Below are positions 1-15,000 of a stretch of 64,000 nt of DNA, piece by piece. A model generated the notes under the pieces. The model did not search any database and was not told where the DNA came from. It saw nothing but the letters and a program-made list of their open reading frames with translations. The translations under genes were made by a program, and so were the position numbers. Origin of the DNA: Macrostomum hystrix (Eukaryota > Animalia > Platyhelminthes); the NCBI GenBank assembly GCA_950097015.1, contig CATNEN010000003.1, positions 9,610,001 through 9,674,000 on the forward strand, written 5' to 3'. Position 1 is the first letter of the stretch, and every line of letters begins with the position of its first letter.

Positions 1-1
1 G

Positions 2-3000
2 GCCAAGCTGATGAAAGACAACTCGGGTCAATTTTACCTTGTAAGCTCAACTGCTGATGTAACGGTACGCGGTGAGTCGGTGACGGAGGCTGAAGCACAA
101 TACTATCTGGAAAGCTCTGAAAAGAATATTGTGGCTCGAGTGATAAGCGAAGGTAGAGACTTTTCGACTCAAACAATGTCTCAATCACGCGCCACGCAAA
201 AGGAGAGCAGTACACAGAGCAGCAGAAGTGAACTGACTGATGTACAGGCTCAGTATGCCCTGTACTCTTCAAGCAAGGGCCAGACAGTGGAGCTCATCAA
301 ATCTTCAGAGGATTTCTCAACACAGACCCGGATTGCTAGTGTCCACAGTGGTGTCGCGAAGCCGAGTCTTCTGCGGGACAGCGCTGGTCAATACTATCTA
401 GCCAGTCAGGACTCGAAGGTCAAGGTTCAGGGACGAGTCGTCACGGAGTCTGAAGCGCGAATGCACTTAAGCACGTCAGAGAAAAGTATCGTAGCTAGGA
501 TAATTACCGATGTTCGCGATTTCACGACCCAAACTGTTTCTGAAGATGTTGAACAGGTCATAATCGCGGAGAGACAGCAGTACGAGTTGTACTCTGCCAA
601 CAGAGACCTATCTGCTTTAGCAAGCAACAGTGAGGATTTCGCAGTGCAGGTGAGGCATGATTCTGCCGATATGGCCAGCCAGTTCCAACCCAAGCTAATG
701 CGCGATAGCTACGGACAATATTACCTTTCCAGTGCAGATAGCAACTTGATCATTTCGGGCCAGCCAGTATCAGAGACTCAGGCCAGAAGCTACTTGGCCA
801 GCTCAGACAAGAGTATTGTTGCCAGAGTTAGCAGTGAGACTCGCGAATCTACCATGCAAACCGTGCCGAAGACAAAGCCAGAGCTGAAGCAGACTGGAAC
901 ACAGAGTGGCAGCACACTAGTCGAGGTGGATACGCAATACTCCCTCTACTCATCTAGTAAGAGCCTGACGGCGAATGTTATAAAGACATCGGAAGAATTT
1001 GGCACTCAAACTAAGACAAGCCTAAAGGAGAGCACATTCGTCCAGCCAAAATTGATGTGCGACAGTGCTGGACAGTACTACTTATCTAGTGAAGAGTCAG
1101 GGATGATGGTTCGAGGTCAAATTGTAACAGAGTCCGAAGCCAGGCATCACTTGTCGAGTTCCGACAAGAGCATCGTAGCCAAGGTGGTCAGTGAGACCCT
1201 GGACTTTGCCTCACAGACCGCCATTGAGAGCAGTAGCACCAAAATGCGGTCAGCTCGCGGACCACTACGCGACGTTCAAAGTGAATTCGTGTTGTATGCC
1301 TCCGACAAAAATTTGTCGACAGACGTTGCTACTGGTGAGTCCATGGCTGTTTTTCTCCAGACAGTGGAAACACGCGACGAAGGCACTCGCGTTCAGACGC
1401 AAGGAAAATCAGCTAGCGCTCTCGCCGGCTCCAGGGTGATGGTTGATGCCAGCGGGCAATACTTCCTAAAGACATCCAACTCCGCTACTCTTGTTCCCGG
1501 TGTCGTCGCATCTTCATCGGAGGCCAGAGCGGCACTAGAGAGTTCCGACAGCAGAATTGTTGCTAGGGTGTTTGGCGATGGGTTGGACGTCTCATCACAG
1601 ACGACTACAGCTGTCGCCTCAGCCCAAAGCGTCAGTACCACAAGAATGAAAGATGTTAGCACCCACTATGTCCTCATGACCTCATCGCACAATGTTTTTA
1701 GTCAGACAGAAGAAAACACCGCTACAAATTCCATGTGTCATAGTCAGGAAGAAGAGGTTGAAACAATTGTTCAAGTGTCCCAGGCACCGCTTCAGATGGA
1801 AATGACTGAACAGGTACACAGAGACACACAGGTAGCTGCTATGATGCACGATACTCACGCACAATACTTCATAGCCAGCTCAGAAGCATGCACTTCTCAG
1901 ACTGAGAGATTTGAAGCCTCGGGACACGTGCAAGCTCAGGTTGGAATGGAGTCGAGGACAGAGAAAGTGAAGGTCGACACAGCTGACTTCCAGTGTCAAA
2001 CTCATCCAGCAGCAGTTATGAAAGACAGTGCTTGTTCTTTTACTGTTAATAAATCAGTTAGCTTTGGCACACAGACTGTGGTGATCGAGAGTGATACTGC
2101 GAGTCTTCTCGAGTCAGGTTTCCAAACTGAGCGCTCACTTGATGATATTGCTAGAAGCACGCAAACTGAAATTCATGTTGCTAAAAGGCCCGAGTCTCAG
2201 GAAAGTCAGGTTAAAGTTTTAAGGGCAGTGCAAGCTGATCTATCCAGTCAGTTTGAAAGTGAAAACTACGAATTCGGCTTTCATTACCACGCCCAAGGGG
2301 CCGACTTCAGCTCGCAAGCCGCGCCGCAACTGCTTTCTAAGCGAGTGCAGCTTGGAGTTCCGTGGAATTTTTTTACTGACTCCGCTATTCAAACAGAAGA
2401 GTCGTCGTCTGACGAAGACAGCCTAACGGACCACACAGTCAGTAGGTTTGAACAGGACTGCCAAACAATGTTTATCTGGAGCTCCAGTGAAACGCAGACA
2501 GAGCAACTGCTGATTGAGGACACAACCGAGGAGGAAGACATTGAGCAAGAGACGGCCATACAAGTCCTTGCGGTTGATCAACGAGATGAAACAAGTCGTG
2601 CTTGCCAGACGGGCAAAATGAAACAGCGAGATGTCATGTCCGAATACTACGCCGATTCTGAGGACGCTTGCGTTGTCGCCAAAGAAGTAGAAAAAGATCT
2701 AAGGTCGGAATCTGTTCAAGTTGCTGCTGCCATCGATTATGTGGACACAAATTCCAAGGCCAAAGTTGAACAGATGGACGCATCCGCCAGCAAGCGCCTC
2801 TCTTATCAGGACGATAGCTTATTGTTCAACAGCCAGTGTGCCAATTGCAACAGACGTTCTTTAATCGGGAAAATCGATTCGGAGACGCAGTACTGGTTTC
2901 ATCACTCGGATACTAGTGCTCAGTTTGACCACTACAAAAGCGACAAGAGTCTTCAGGTCACGTTTATTGCTGAACCGTTGGCTGTGTCTGAACAAGGCTC

Positions 3001-6000
3001 ACAGGCCGCTGCGCGAAAGGAATTGGCTGATACTGAAGTCAAGGCAATCGACTATGACTACCATAGTCTGCAGGTCGTGTGTCGAACCTACGAGGGCCTC
3101 GTTGCTCGGTTTTCGCAAAAAGTGGCCGACTTAGAAGCTGCTGCTCACAGGGAGCTTTTGGAGCAACGCGTGCGTGCCAGACCGCATCAGAAGGCGAAGC
3201 GAATCCAAAGAGGCACATCAGCTTTCAACCTCATCGAGACGGCTAGCCAGACAGAGGAAGAACAAGAATTCATCCAGGAAGTTCAAGCAGTTCAACTTCA
3301 ATCGATTCCTCAGGTTGAGACGCAAAGTAGAGAGATTCAGACCCAATCGATAATGCAGGATGCTTTTATCAATGTGGATACAACTGAACCAGTTTCTATT
3401 GCGAAGGATACTCGCGATTCCCACACCGAGTCCAATGTGGAAATGCAGGAGATTTCAACTAGCTTTGACGTCACTCAGGTGCACAAGGTGATTCAGTTGG
3501 GAAGTCCGTTCTCTTATCTAAGAGACAATTACTGCAACACTGACCAGGCTGAAGAGATGAAAATACAGGTTCCTCACGTGGAGTCCGCTCCTGCACCTGT
3601 CACGGCTGACGAGGGAAGCCAGTACAATCAGCCAGAGCTGCAAGACGGTAGCATTCAGGTCGACTTGCCAGAGAAGCCTGCTCAATCCAAGCCAGCTTCT
3701 GAAAATGTCAGCGTTGCCCTTCAGTGCCACCAGCCAGCCATGCTGGACAGTGAGACAACATACAGAACTGAATCTGCGAATAAAGTAATTCAGCACGGTT
3801 GCCCGCATTTCCTGACTGTCGATGCCCAGTGCAACACTGAACCTATGGAGCCGACTATTGTTGAGGTTGCGGTGCCAGCCATTGTTAGCCAGCTAGATGA
3901 AAATGTAGGCACACCAGAAATCATCTGGAAATCTAAAGCCATTCAGAGGGGCTGCCCGTCATTCGCCGTAAACAGCGTCGCTAGCAATACTGAGAACTTC
4001 GAGGTTGAAGACTTCATTGATTACGGTGCATTCCAGCAGTATGTAATGCCTGAATCCGCGCGAGCAGCCGAGTACACGGAGGGAGCAGTGAAAGCTGTCA
4101 TGAAGCCAGATAGTCATCGCAAGGCTATTCAGCAAGGATGTCCTTTCGCAATGCTCTTAGAAGCAGGTACTCTTACCGAACCAGACACAGAATTTGTGGC
4201 TCCAGTGCTCGCGCCGAAAGTCGAGTCTGCTGCAGCGACCAAAAAACTCGATGCTGCGACGCAGTGCTTCCAGGATGTAGAAGAATGGGGCGTGCAGGTG
4301 GAACTCGGCAGTACTGCTAGCGAAGTGCCTCTGGCTAAGGCTAAGATTGAATTGGTGGATATTGGAAACCAATACGACGTTGTCTTAGCAAAAAAAGCCA
4401 TTCAGAGAGGTTGTCCTTGGTCAATGAAGTACGAGGCTGAGTGCGATACGACTGGCTTAGAAAGCCCTCTGGTAGATTCTCCATTGAGTCCGAAGAAAGC
4501 CGAAATGGTCGACTGTGGCAATCAGTACGATGTTCAAATGCACAGGAAAGCGATTCAGCGTGGTTGCCCATGGTTCATGACACTGGAGGCGGAAACTAAC
4601 ACGGAAGTAGAAGAAATTTTTGAAGAAATTCAAATGAATCTGCAGAGCACTGAGCCTCTAATAGCAAAAGAAAAAAAGGGCAAAAGCATTCAACACGGAT
4701 GTCCAGCCGCTTACAGGATTGACGTTGCAGTGATGGCAAATGAACCATCAGATGAGTCTCCAAATAATGCCAGAAAACAGTTTGGTGGACGTCGCCTATC
4801 CGATGAGTTCGAAGACTTCGGAACTCAAACCATTGGTGACTTATGCGACGGTGAAGTCCAGTGCAACATCGAGCCGGAGCAGGAGCCTCCAGCTCCTGTT
4901 GACAGCGCTGACGCAGCCTCCGATCCAATCGACATACCACGCCCAGCCAAGCGCGTCCAGCGAGGAGTTCCATTCTCCAAGATCAAGAATGTCGGCACGA
5001 ACACTGAACAGTTTGAAGCGTCAGCCCAGGAAGAGGAAGCGGAGGTACCGCCCTATTGCCCCAAATGGGATATCATGCCTGTGGAGTACGTCACAAAAAG
5101 TAGCGGAACTGGTGTTGAAACTGCGGAAGTTGCCTGCTTAATTACTATCAAGACCTCATCTGTCTACACCAGCTGCGAAATAGATATATGCGATGAATCG
5201 ACGGATGTAATGAAGGACGACGAGGAAACCATACAAGTTGTAAGCTACCGTCCTGTTGAGGCAACGCTTCCTGTTTTCAGTACAGTGTCCTGTCAAACAA
5301 TATCTTTTATGGCAGATAGTTATGGCCAGTATTTTAGTACAGGTGTTCCCTCAAGAACAATCGACTTCGGGAATGAGGCTTGCCAGACCAAAGAAGAAAT
5401 GTACGAGAGTGCCGGTCAGTTCTCAGTCGAGGTTTGTGATGTACTCGTGAAAGTTGATTGGGCACAAGAAACGTCTCAAGACAGCCCGAATCGAAAGTTG
5501 GAGTCCATCACTAGCAGCATGAGCGTAGTAGAGGTTCCTGTGCTGATGAACATCGCAATTCAAACCAGTGCTGAGCAATCTGAAAAGGAGACTGAGAAGT
5601 CTGACAATAAAACCATACAAGAGTACGTTGACACAGTTATGTTCCCAGTCACGCACTACACAGATCCAGCTGCTGAAGTTCTAGATACTCTCATTGTTGC
5701 TAGAGTCGAGATTTGGTCACGAGAGGTTCAGACTATCAGTTTTACCGAAGATTCGGACACGCAGTTCTCGCCAGTTGCTTCAACTCCACGAAAACAGTCA
5801 ATTAGTAGAACAGTAGAAACGTCTGAAATCAATACGCAGACTGAGACTTCCTCCGACGAAGTACAGACTCAAACTATCACTTATTGCGCAGATGCTACTG
5901 TCGGATGCGACTTCGACTTGGAGTTCGATCAGTATCCTAAGAATGCTGGACGATTGCGTGCTGCACCGGAGACACAACTTGAAACTGGCGATCAAGAGAC

Positions 6001-9000
6001 CCAAACGGTGGTTTTCTACGATATAGCCGAATCACAAACTGAAGCCTACAATATCTCAACTGCAGTTCAGTACGTCTTTGATGAAGTCGACTATTTAGCG
6101 CAGCAATCAAGGCTAGAATCAGCCGAAAACAGCGTGCGCCACAGAGCTGAGCAGCGAACTGCTCAAGTTCAAATGAGCTCAGTAGTGCTCAGAGATCGCA
6201 GGTCGCGTTCTCGCTCGAGGAAACGTGAAACGGAGGCAGTCTTTACTCAAACTGAGTTCGAAGAAGAGGAGACGATCGAATTGTTCGACGCACCTCTTCA
6301 AGAGGCCTTGCCTCCTAGAGTGGAGACAAATGATCAGTCTGAAAGCACTCACGTCGAGCTGGAAGATTGTAGCACAACGTATAACATTGAATTGCGCGAG
6401 TCATCGTTTAAAACGGAAGTACACCAGAAAGCCAGCGAAACAATGACAGGTCACTGCACCGATGAAGCGCAAGTTCAGTATAACCCTGAAGGCTTGTGCG
6501 ATTCATTTGTTGTTGCCCATCTTGAAGAGACAAATTTAATGCAAATTGTGCCCCATGTCAAGTTAGCTGTTTCTAGTACAACCGAGACATCCATTCAAAC
6601 GGATGGCTCTCTGGCTGACATGTATGTACAGTTTGAGGCTGAAGCAGAATCGCTAAGGACTATAGTAAAAACTATCGATGCTTTTACAATGACAGTGGCA
6701 CACTCGTTTGAGGAGCTAAAGACGCAGACAGAACAATATACAACCGCATCAGAAGTGCAGTTTGACCCCAACGAGATGAACGACAGATCAACTAACACCG
6801 AGGAAGTAGTCACCCAGACGGCAGATTTAAGTTCTAAATCGCAAATACAAACGCGCGAGGCATCGTCAATGACGACTACTGACAAGGCTGACTCCATGGC
6901 TCAGTACGATGCTGAAGCCGAGGCAGAAAAACCTGAAACGTGCGCAGCTGCAATGAAGTTTGCGACCGAAACATCAACTTCCGGTGCCCAAACCGAAGTC
7001 TACAGCGCTGATGCCGAAACAGAATGTGATCGAGAAGAGGAGCAAGTCGAAGAGCAGTTTCAAACACAAGTAGTAGTGATGCAAGAGTCGACACCACGAA
7101 ACAATGAGCACTGCCAAACAGAAGGTGTTATGAAAAGCTGTTCTACTGATTATCAGATGGAATTAGAAAGTCAAAGTGTGAAGGCTGGTGCTGAAGTGGA
7201 AAATTGCACTGTCAGCATAAAGTTTTCGACTGAAAAATGTTCAGTCGGAGCTCAAACTGAAGTCTACAGTACTGATGCTGAAACAGAATGCGATCGAGAA
7301 GAGGTGCAAATCGGAGAGCAGCTCGAAACTCAAGTAGTAGTGATGCAAGAGTCGACACCACGAAACAATGAGCACTGCCAAACAGAAGGTGTTATGAAAA
7401 GCTGTTCGACTGATTATCAGATGGAATTAGAAAGTCAAAGTGTGAAGGCTGGTGCTGAAGTGGAAAATTGCACTGTCAGCATAAAGTTTTCGACTGAAAA
7501 ATGTTCAGTCGGAGCTCAAACTGAAGTCTACAGTACTGATGCCGAAACAGAATGCGATCGAGAAGAGGTGCAAATCGAAGAGCAACTCCTGCATCAAGTG
7601 GCTGTGACAGTAGAGTCCATGCCACGACGTAGCGAGTTCTGCCAAACAGAGAGTACCATGGAAAGTTCTGCGACAGAATATCACAAAGAATGTGACAGCC
7701 AACTTGTGAAAGCTGGCGTCGAAGTTGTCCGTGAAATGTCGGAGCAGAGTACTCAGTGTAATTCACAACTTGCTGACGAAAAAACTGAAACTGAAAGCTA
7801 TACAGCGGACTTTGGTACTCAGGTCACCTTGGATATTACTGACCATGTTGTGTCTCGTGGTAGTAGCCAAAGCCAGACGGACTCCATCATGAAGAATTCA
7901 GAAACAGAATTCGAGAGTGTAGTGATGCTTCATGCCACCGCTAGTGCTCGAGCTGAGGGATCTGATGAAGGAACACAATGCGATGCGCGTGACCAGGCTG
8001 AGGCTGAAACAAATACTGCCAACAGCATGCAAGATTACGGCAGTCAGGCTGAAGTGCATTTTGCTCAGTCAAGTATGCAGGTGGATCAGCAGAAGTATGA
8101 GAGCGCTTCCATTCAGGCGAAAATCGAGTCTGCTGATGTGGAAACTCAGTACGAGCAGGACGAAGAGGTTATTTTGCCAACCCAAATCATTATTGAAGAG
8201 GCAGAGCCACGCCTGAACGCCGAGTGCCAAACGGACAAGATTGCTGAGGTGTCTGAGAAAGTGACACAATGTGACGAATGCGTCCGAATCGAGACTGGAT
8301 CGAATCCTGCCAAATTCATGCAGGATTTTGGCAGCCAGATGGCAGTGATTTCTGTTCAAATCGGCACACAGATTGATCAACAGAAGTCTGAAACAGTGGG
8401 CGTTCACAAAGACCTGACATCTATTGACGCTTGGATGTCGTGTGCTGTTGAAACAGACGAGGCTTTGATAAAAACGGAAATTCAAAATAAGTCTTCAATG
8501 CGAGATTCAATCGTCCAGTTCGATATTGAAACTACTCAGAGCGCTTCAATCACGACGAAAATCGAGTCTGCTGATGTGGAAAGTCAGTACGAGCAGGACG
8601 AAGAGGTGGTTATGCCTACTCAGATCACCATTGAAGAATCAGTGCCTCACATCGAATCAGGAAGCCAAACAATCAACTTTATGGAAAATGCCGCGACGGA
8701 ATTTGAAAGAAAAATGCAAGATGGATATGCTCAAGCAAAGGAACAGTTTGTTGAAAGTTTCGATAAATTTTCACAATGCGATGCAAAGGAGCAGCGAGAC
8801 AGCTGGTCAGATCCTGTCAGATTCATGGAGGACTACGGATGCCAGCTGCAAGTGAGCTCGGAATCCCTGAAGACACCGACTGCTGAAGCTTCCACTCAAA
8901 GCCAAGTGGAAACTGCCGATTCAGAAATCCTGACTCATTTAGATCAGAAGAAAGTCACAGAAGACGTTGCTATTCAAGTCAAGTTTGAAACAGCTAGCGA

Positions 9001-12000
9001 GTGTGTTGAAGTCGGAACTCAGTCAAGAAGCTCTATGGTGGATGCGTCAAGCGACCTTCAAGTTGACACAGCAGACAAGTTCACTCAAAGCAGGCAACTG
9101 ATTACCGATAGTGTCAGTGTAGCCGCCAACTTTAAAGAGGCCAAACAGTGCCAAGAAATCGGTGTCCAATCAAGAAGCTTTATGATCGAAGAGGGCTCAC
9201 AACTTTCAATCATTTATAAACAAGTGGAGACTCAGATTGACTTCATAGTAGCAGAGACAGCATATGTCAATGCTCGCACGGAAATGAAGACTAGCGGCAT
9301 GCAGTACATCCATGAGTTAAGTGAGTCTGCAACCCAGGTGCACATCAAAGTGTCCGAAGCTGCCACACAAAGCTCTGCTAAGCAACTCTGGGAAAGCTCA
9401 GTTTGTGTCAATACCATTCAGGGAAAAGAGACAACAGATCGTGGTGCCCAGAGTCGAATGGAACTACTTGAATTTGGCTCTCAGCATGGCTTGAAATCTG
9501 TCGACAAAGACACCGTGACTGACAGCAAGCTCTTCAGTGATAGCAATGTCCAGGCGAATTTCGTCCCCGAGGCAAAGCAGGTGACGAATCAAACTACGCA
9601 GTCCAGACAGCGTATGGTTGATGAAGAGTCACAGCTGTTTGTCAGCACCAAGGATGGCTGTACTCAGTTTGAGGCTGCTGTTAGATGCAACGCTGCCGTC
9701 AAGATCGCTGAATTTAAGATCACCCAGACAGTCGGCTGTCAGAGTGTGATGGAGATGTCAGACAAGAATGCGCAGTGCTCAACTCGACTCATTGATTCCG
9801 AAAGCCAGATGACCGTAGACAGCTCTACGGGATCGATGAAGAGCATTCGCATTGAGCAGTTGCTTGACTCAGTTTCAACTAAATTTGCATCAATTGATAT
9901 TGGCACGGAGACACGATTGCGTGGAGTTGAGGCTGCCACGGGTTACACTATGGAGACAGTCGAAAGTGCAATTAGCGCAATCAAAATGCCAGTTAACAGC
10001 AGTATGCAGATAGTTACAGTGCATCAAAAGGACGCCGGCTCTCAAACGGCAGATGAAGAACCAGACATAGAAGAGGAAATCACTCAGCACACTTGTCAGC
10101 ACGAGACTGTTGAAATACAGGAGCAAACACTACAAAAGTCAGAGCAGCCAACAGGCATTGAAGAGCTGGTGCGCTTTGGACCAATTGTCAGAAATTCCAG
10201 CTCTCAACATGAGCAGGAACCATCGGTTCGATTGGTTACGTCGGTGACACCAAACGCCACCGTTTCTAGCATGCAGTTCTCTTACTCAATGGCCGTTGCT
10301 TCCAGTCAGACAAGTTTGAGACCAACGTCTGACTCAGCGGCACTTTTCCAACCCGAAGAGTTGGTGCCTAAAGCACTGTCTTTTGTTTCGGAAGTCGAAA
10401 CTACGCAGCAGGCGTGTCAGGCACGCCAGGAAACAACAGACGGTTTCGCTCGAACACGCACTGAAATGGTTTCAATAGAGACCTCGTACAAGCAGGAGTT
10501 AGGTGACGGTTTCGTACGTACATTCGTTGATTCTGTTGATGCTCACGTCAAGCAGCTTCGAATTAAATCTGAAAGTGCTGACATCAGTACAGAAACTGAG
10601 GTCAAGGTGAATTCGGTTCAAACATCGTTCAATTTGATAATGCAAGACGCAGAAATGCAAATCGATAAAGAATACGTTAACAGCGACGTGCATGTGCGTG
10701 AGGCAGTGGAAGAGAAAGCCTTGCTGGTCGTATCGGGTCTGTCTGTGCGAGGACCAACTAAATCCACTGAAACATCTCACGATCTTTCGTTGCATGAAGC
10801 TGCAACTCAAGCATTGAGCGAGACTTCATATTCAAGTGTTTGTGTGTCACCCGCCTTGGCAGAGACGCTTGACACTGGAGTGGAGACTTCCCCAATCATG
10901 CAGTCCAGTGAGACAGCATTCGATGTGTTTTCAAACTCAATCGGGATCTCGTGTTCGACTCAATCAATGAGTGCGGAAACCCAAGTCAAATTTGCGACCA
11001 GAGAAGCAGAAACAATGACAGAGTCTGAGATTAAGAAAGAGTATTTCGACAGCGATGTGCGATACGCCGAGAGTAAGAGCACTTGTGATGTGAGCACAGA
11101 GCATGTACGCAATGAGCACTCGGCTGAAACACAGTGCATCTTTGAGATGAAAAACAGCGCAATGCAAGTTGTACGAGAATTCGCTGACGGCGAGGTCCGT
11201 GCGATTGAACAAAAAGCACAGACGATGGATGTGTACTCGGAGACAGCTCCAAGAATGAGCAATGTTGAAACATTTTACAGTGCTATTGTGGCGTCTGTCG
11301 AGTGTCAGTCAAGTATTGACCATGCTGATGTCGGAGTCACTGCTCATGAAGCCAAGCCTGAGAAAATGGACTCTAGTTGCTTGACCATTGCGGCGGACGT
11401 AGTCGAAATAGCTACTCAAACAGAACTGGCAGTTAGTTCAGAAGAATCTGTGATCGCCAAAGTCAATACCACATCTGTTGCCACTTTCTATGCTATTTCT
11501 TTGAAAGACAGTGCGACTCTCGCCAGCCGCTCTTACGAAGATGCCGTCTTGAAGATTTCAGAGGCTGCCATCGAGCGTGCTGATGTCGCTAGTGAAACGA
11601 AGATAACTGTTCGAGGGGTGTCTGTGCAGGTATTTGTTGACTCAGATACTTCCAGCGTTTGGGTTGCAGAGGAAATTGCTGCAACGGAGCATGCGACAGT
11701 TCAGACTGCTCAGAGATTGACTTCATCGGAAACAGAGTACAAGTTGGTTGTAAAGAATGCGGAATGCCAGACGTCTGAAAATGTTGTTGAAAAGGTCGAT
11801 TCGACTGTCAGAGCTGTAGTTGCTTCGGCCTCCATTCAGACGATGTATAACATCAGCGTGCAGGATAGCTCTTCACAAGCGATTATTAAATATGAAGATG
11901 CTAACGCATTAATAAAAGAGGCAGTCATTGAGATGGTTGAAGTTGCATCGGAGACAGCCCTGCGTTTAGAGTCAAAAGAAACATTGTGCAGATTGGAAAT

Positions 12001-15000
12001 ATGTGACGCTGTTGTTAGAGCCTTTACGCCGGCAAGAGATATGACGATCCAGGCAGAATCTGAGAAGATACAAACTTTAGAAGCATTCACAGAGACAAAG
12101 AACCGATTGCGAGATGTCGAAACAGATTTTAGTGTTCAAGTTAGCTTTGCAAACGTTGAGGCACTTGTGACCACTCAGAATGACAGTGTTTCAATCAAGG
12201 AAGTGATTTTGGAAAAGAAAGATGCTTCTACTGCAACAGAAGTTCGTTTAAAACCTGTTGAAGTACAAGCGTGTCCAGATTACACCGAATCCGCTGCTCT
12301 AGTACACGAAAAAGCTGTCGAGAAGACTGAAGCCGCAACAGAAACCATGAGAAGAATGGTGTCAGTTGAATCATCCTATTCTGTTGCCGTTCAGTCAGCA
12401 GAAACATCTTGCGTTGCAATAAGCTTATTCGATATGGCTACACAGGTTAAACAGGAAAGTTTTGAAGCGGATATGCAGACGGATGAAGAAGTAATTGAGT
12501 CTGTCAGCTCACACGTCCAAATGAGAGTAGAAATGCAGTCCACTGACTCGCACTATGAGACTCCACTGGCAACTAGAGATTCGCAGACCAAGAGCGAGAC
12601 TCAAGACGCAAATGTTCACGCAGTGGAATTCCGGCCAGAATTCCAAGAGAGCGGCATCAAGATTACGGCAACAGTGAAATCCGTGGAAACTTCGTATAGC
12701 TTGAGAACGCAGGACGTGTTTACTCAGATCTCCACTGAAACAGAACAGTCTCATGTAAAATATGCCGAAGAAGTTGCTGAAGTGGAGAAATCTGACGCCT
12801 CAACTTCATATAGCCTTCAAACTAATCACAGGGAAGTGCAGGCCTCGCGTGATCATAGCGATACCGGCGTGCAGATTAAGGAAGCCAAGACGGAAACAGC
12901 TGAGATCGGCATCAGAGCCGAAGTGAGCACAAAGTCGGTGGAAACCTTCTACGCGCTGAGTCTAAGAGATGTGGACTCACAGGTTTCAACTGATCGCAGC
13001 GACGCGAGCGTCAGAATTGTTGAAGAGTCTATAGAGACAGCTCAGAGCAGTTTCAAGACGCAGAGTAGTCTCGTCTCAACTTTATCACTGTACAATGTTC
13101 GGACTGAGCACAATGGATCACAAGCATCTAGAGAGTTCTCTGATGGAGCTGTGCAAGTTCAAGAGGCTAAAGCGGAGATGACAGAGAGCGGAATCGTTGT
13201 CTCGCCCGTTTATAAAATAGATATCGAAGTTCAAACTTCTGTGATACACGAGACCTCTTGGCTGCGTGTAGTGGAGCCCGTGCCCGACAAGCTCGATGCA
13301 TCTTCTCAAGATCTCAGTCAGTACGAAAGCGGTTCTGTGTGCATCCAGGAGGTAAAACCTGAGATGCTGGATGCCAGCTACAAGTTTCAAGCGCACTGTC
13401 GCTCCGTGGAGACATCCTTCGAGATTCGACAGAGCGACATGTCTTCGCAGGTTTCGGTGGACCTCAGCGATGGAAACATTTGGATTAAGGAGCAGCTTGA
13501 ACGCGTACACAGCAGTGTGAAAGCAGCAGAGGCAGTGAAAGCAACCGCTGAAAAGTCTGTTGAAGTGAGAACTCAAACCGACTCAGCTGGTGTAAAATAC
13601 CACGTGCCTACTGACGAATGCGTCACTCAGGTGTCCACAGAATACTGCGACTCAGACACAACCCTAGTGGAGGTAATCGAAAAAGTTGAAGTTCAAAAGC
13701 AGGAGGCAAAGCTGCAGTCAAGGTCCGTGGCAAGTTTCTATGAGGTGCGAGTTGAAAGCAGAGGGGCGCAGGCCTCAAAGGAGTATGATGACGTCACTGT
13801 TTTGGCCAGAGAAGAGAAGCCGGAGCTGATTCATGACAACGCCAAAGCAACTGTTTCCACAAAGACAACGGACACGCACTACAATTTGAGTCTGAATGAC
13901 GGTCACGCCCAAGTAAGCACCGAGCTAGCTGAAGCTCATGTTAAGATCGAAGAGAAGATCAAACTCGTAGAAAAGCTTGATGCAGCCACATTGTGCAACG
14001 GCCCAATTATGGAAGACGCTGCTTTGTACGTGTTTTCAAAACAAAGAGACGAAAGTAGCCAAGCGACAGAGACTAAGTCTGAATGTATGGAGAGCGGCAT
14101 CAAAGCAAGGACTGCTATCATGTCCGACTCTCAAGCGCAGATTGCAACTTTGACATCTGAATCTGGCATTAGTTACGCCGAGAAGGCAGTTATCATAGAG
14201 AAACATGACGCATCAACGTTGTACAGCATTCGAAACAATGACAGCGAAGTTCAGGTCTCAACGCAGAATTGCGAGTCAAGCGCGCATGTTCAAGAGTCGA
14301 AGGTTGAGACAGTTCAAACAGGTATCAGGGCAAGTGTTGACACGAAATTTGCCGAAACAGAATACACACTGAGACTCACTGACGAGCAATCCCAGGCCAC
14401 CACTGATGTGTGCCATGCAAGTGTCAGAAATGCTGAGGAATCAATTGAGATGGCTGAGAGCAGCTTCAAGTCGCAGACGAATCTAGTATCGACTTTGTCA
14501 CTCTATAATATCCGAACAGAGCACAGCGGAGCGCAGGCTTCCAAGGAGTTCGCTGACGGAGCTGCGCAGGTGCAGGAGGTCAAAGCTGAGGCGACTGTTA
14601 GTGGACTGAAATTCGAAGCGAGTGCTAAATCTGTTGAGACCGAGTACTCAATTAGACTAGCCGATGAGCAGTCTCAAGCATCGACCGAGATGGCTGCTGC
14701 GAATGTTCGCAAAGCTGAGGAATCTGTACAGACTGTGGAGAGCAGTTTTAAGACGCAGAGAAGTATGATTTCAACTCTGTCGCTGTACAGCATCAGGACC
14801 GAACACGGACAGTCGCAAGCCTCAAAGGAATTCCATGATGAAGCTGTTTTGGTCCATGAGGCGAAAATTGAGGCTGCAGAAAGTGGAATTCAGGTTTCAA
14901 CTGAAATCCGTGAGTCCTGTGCAAGCTTCAAGGAAAAAGTTTCGGTGATTGAGAAATCTAACGCATCCACTCAGTATGACATCGTGATTCGGAAAGAAAA

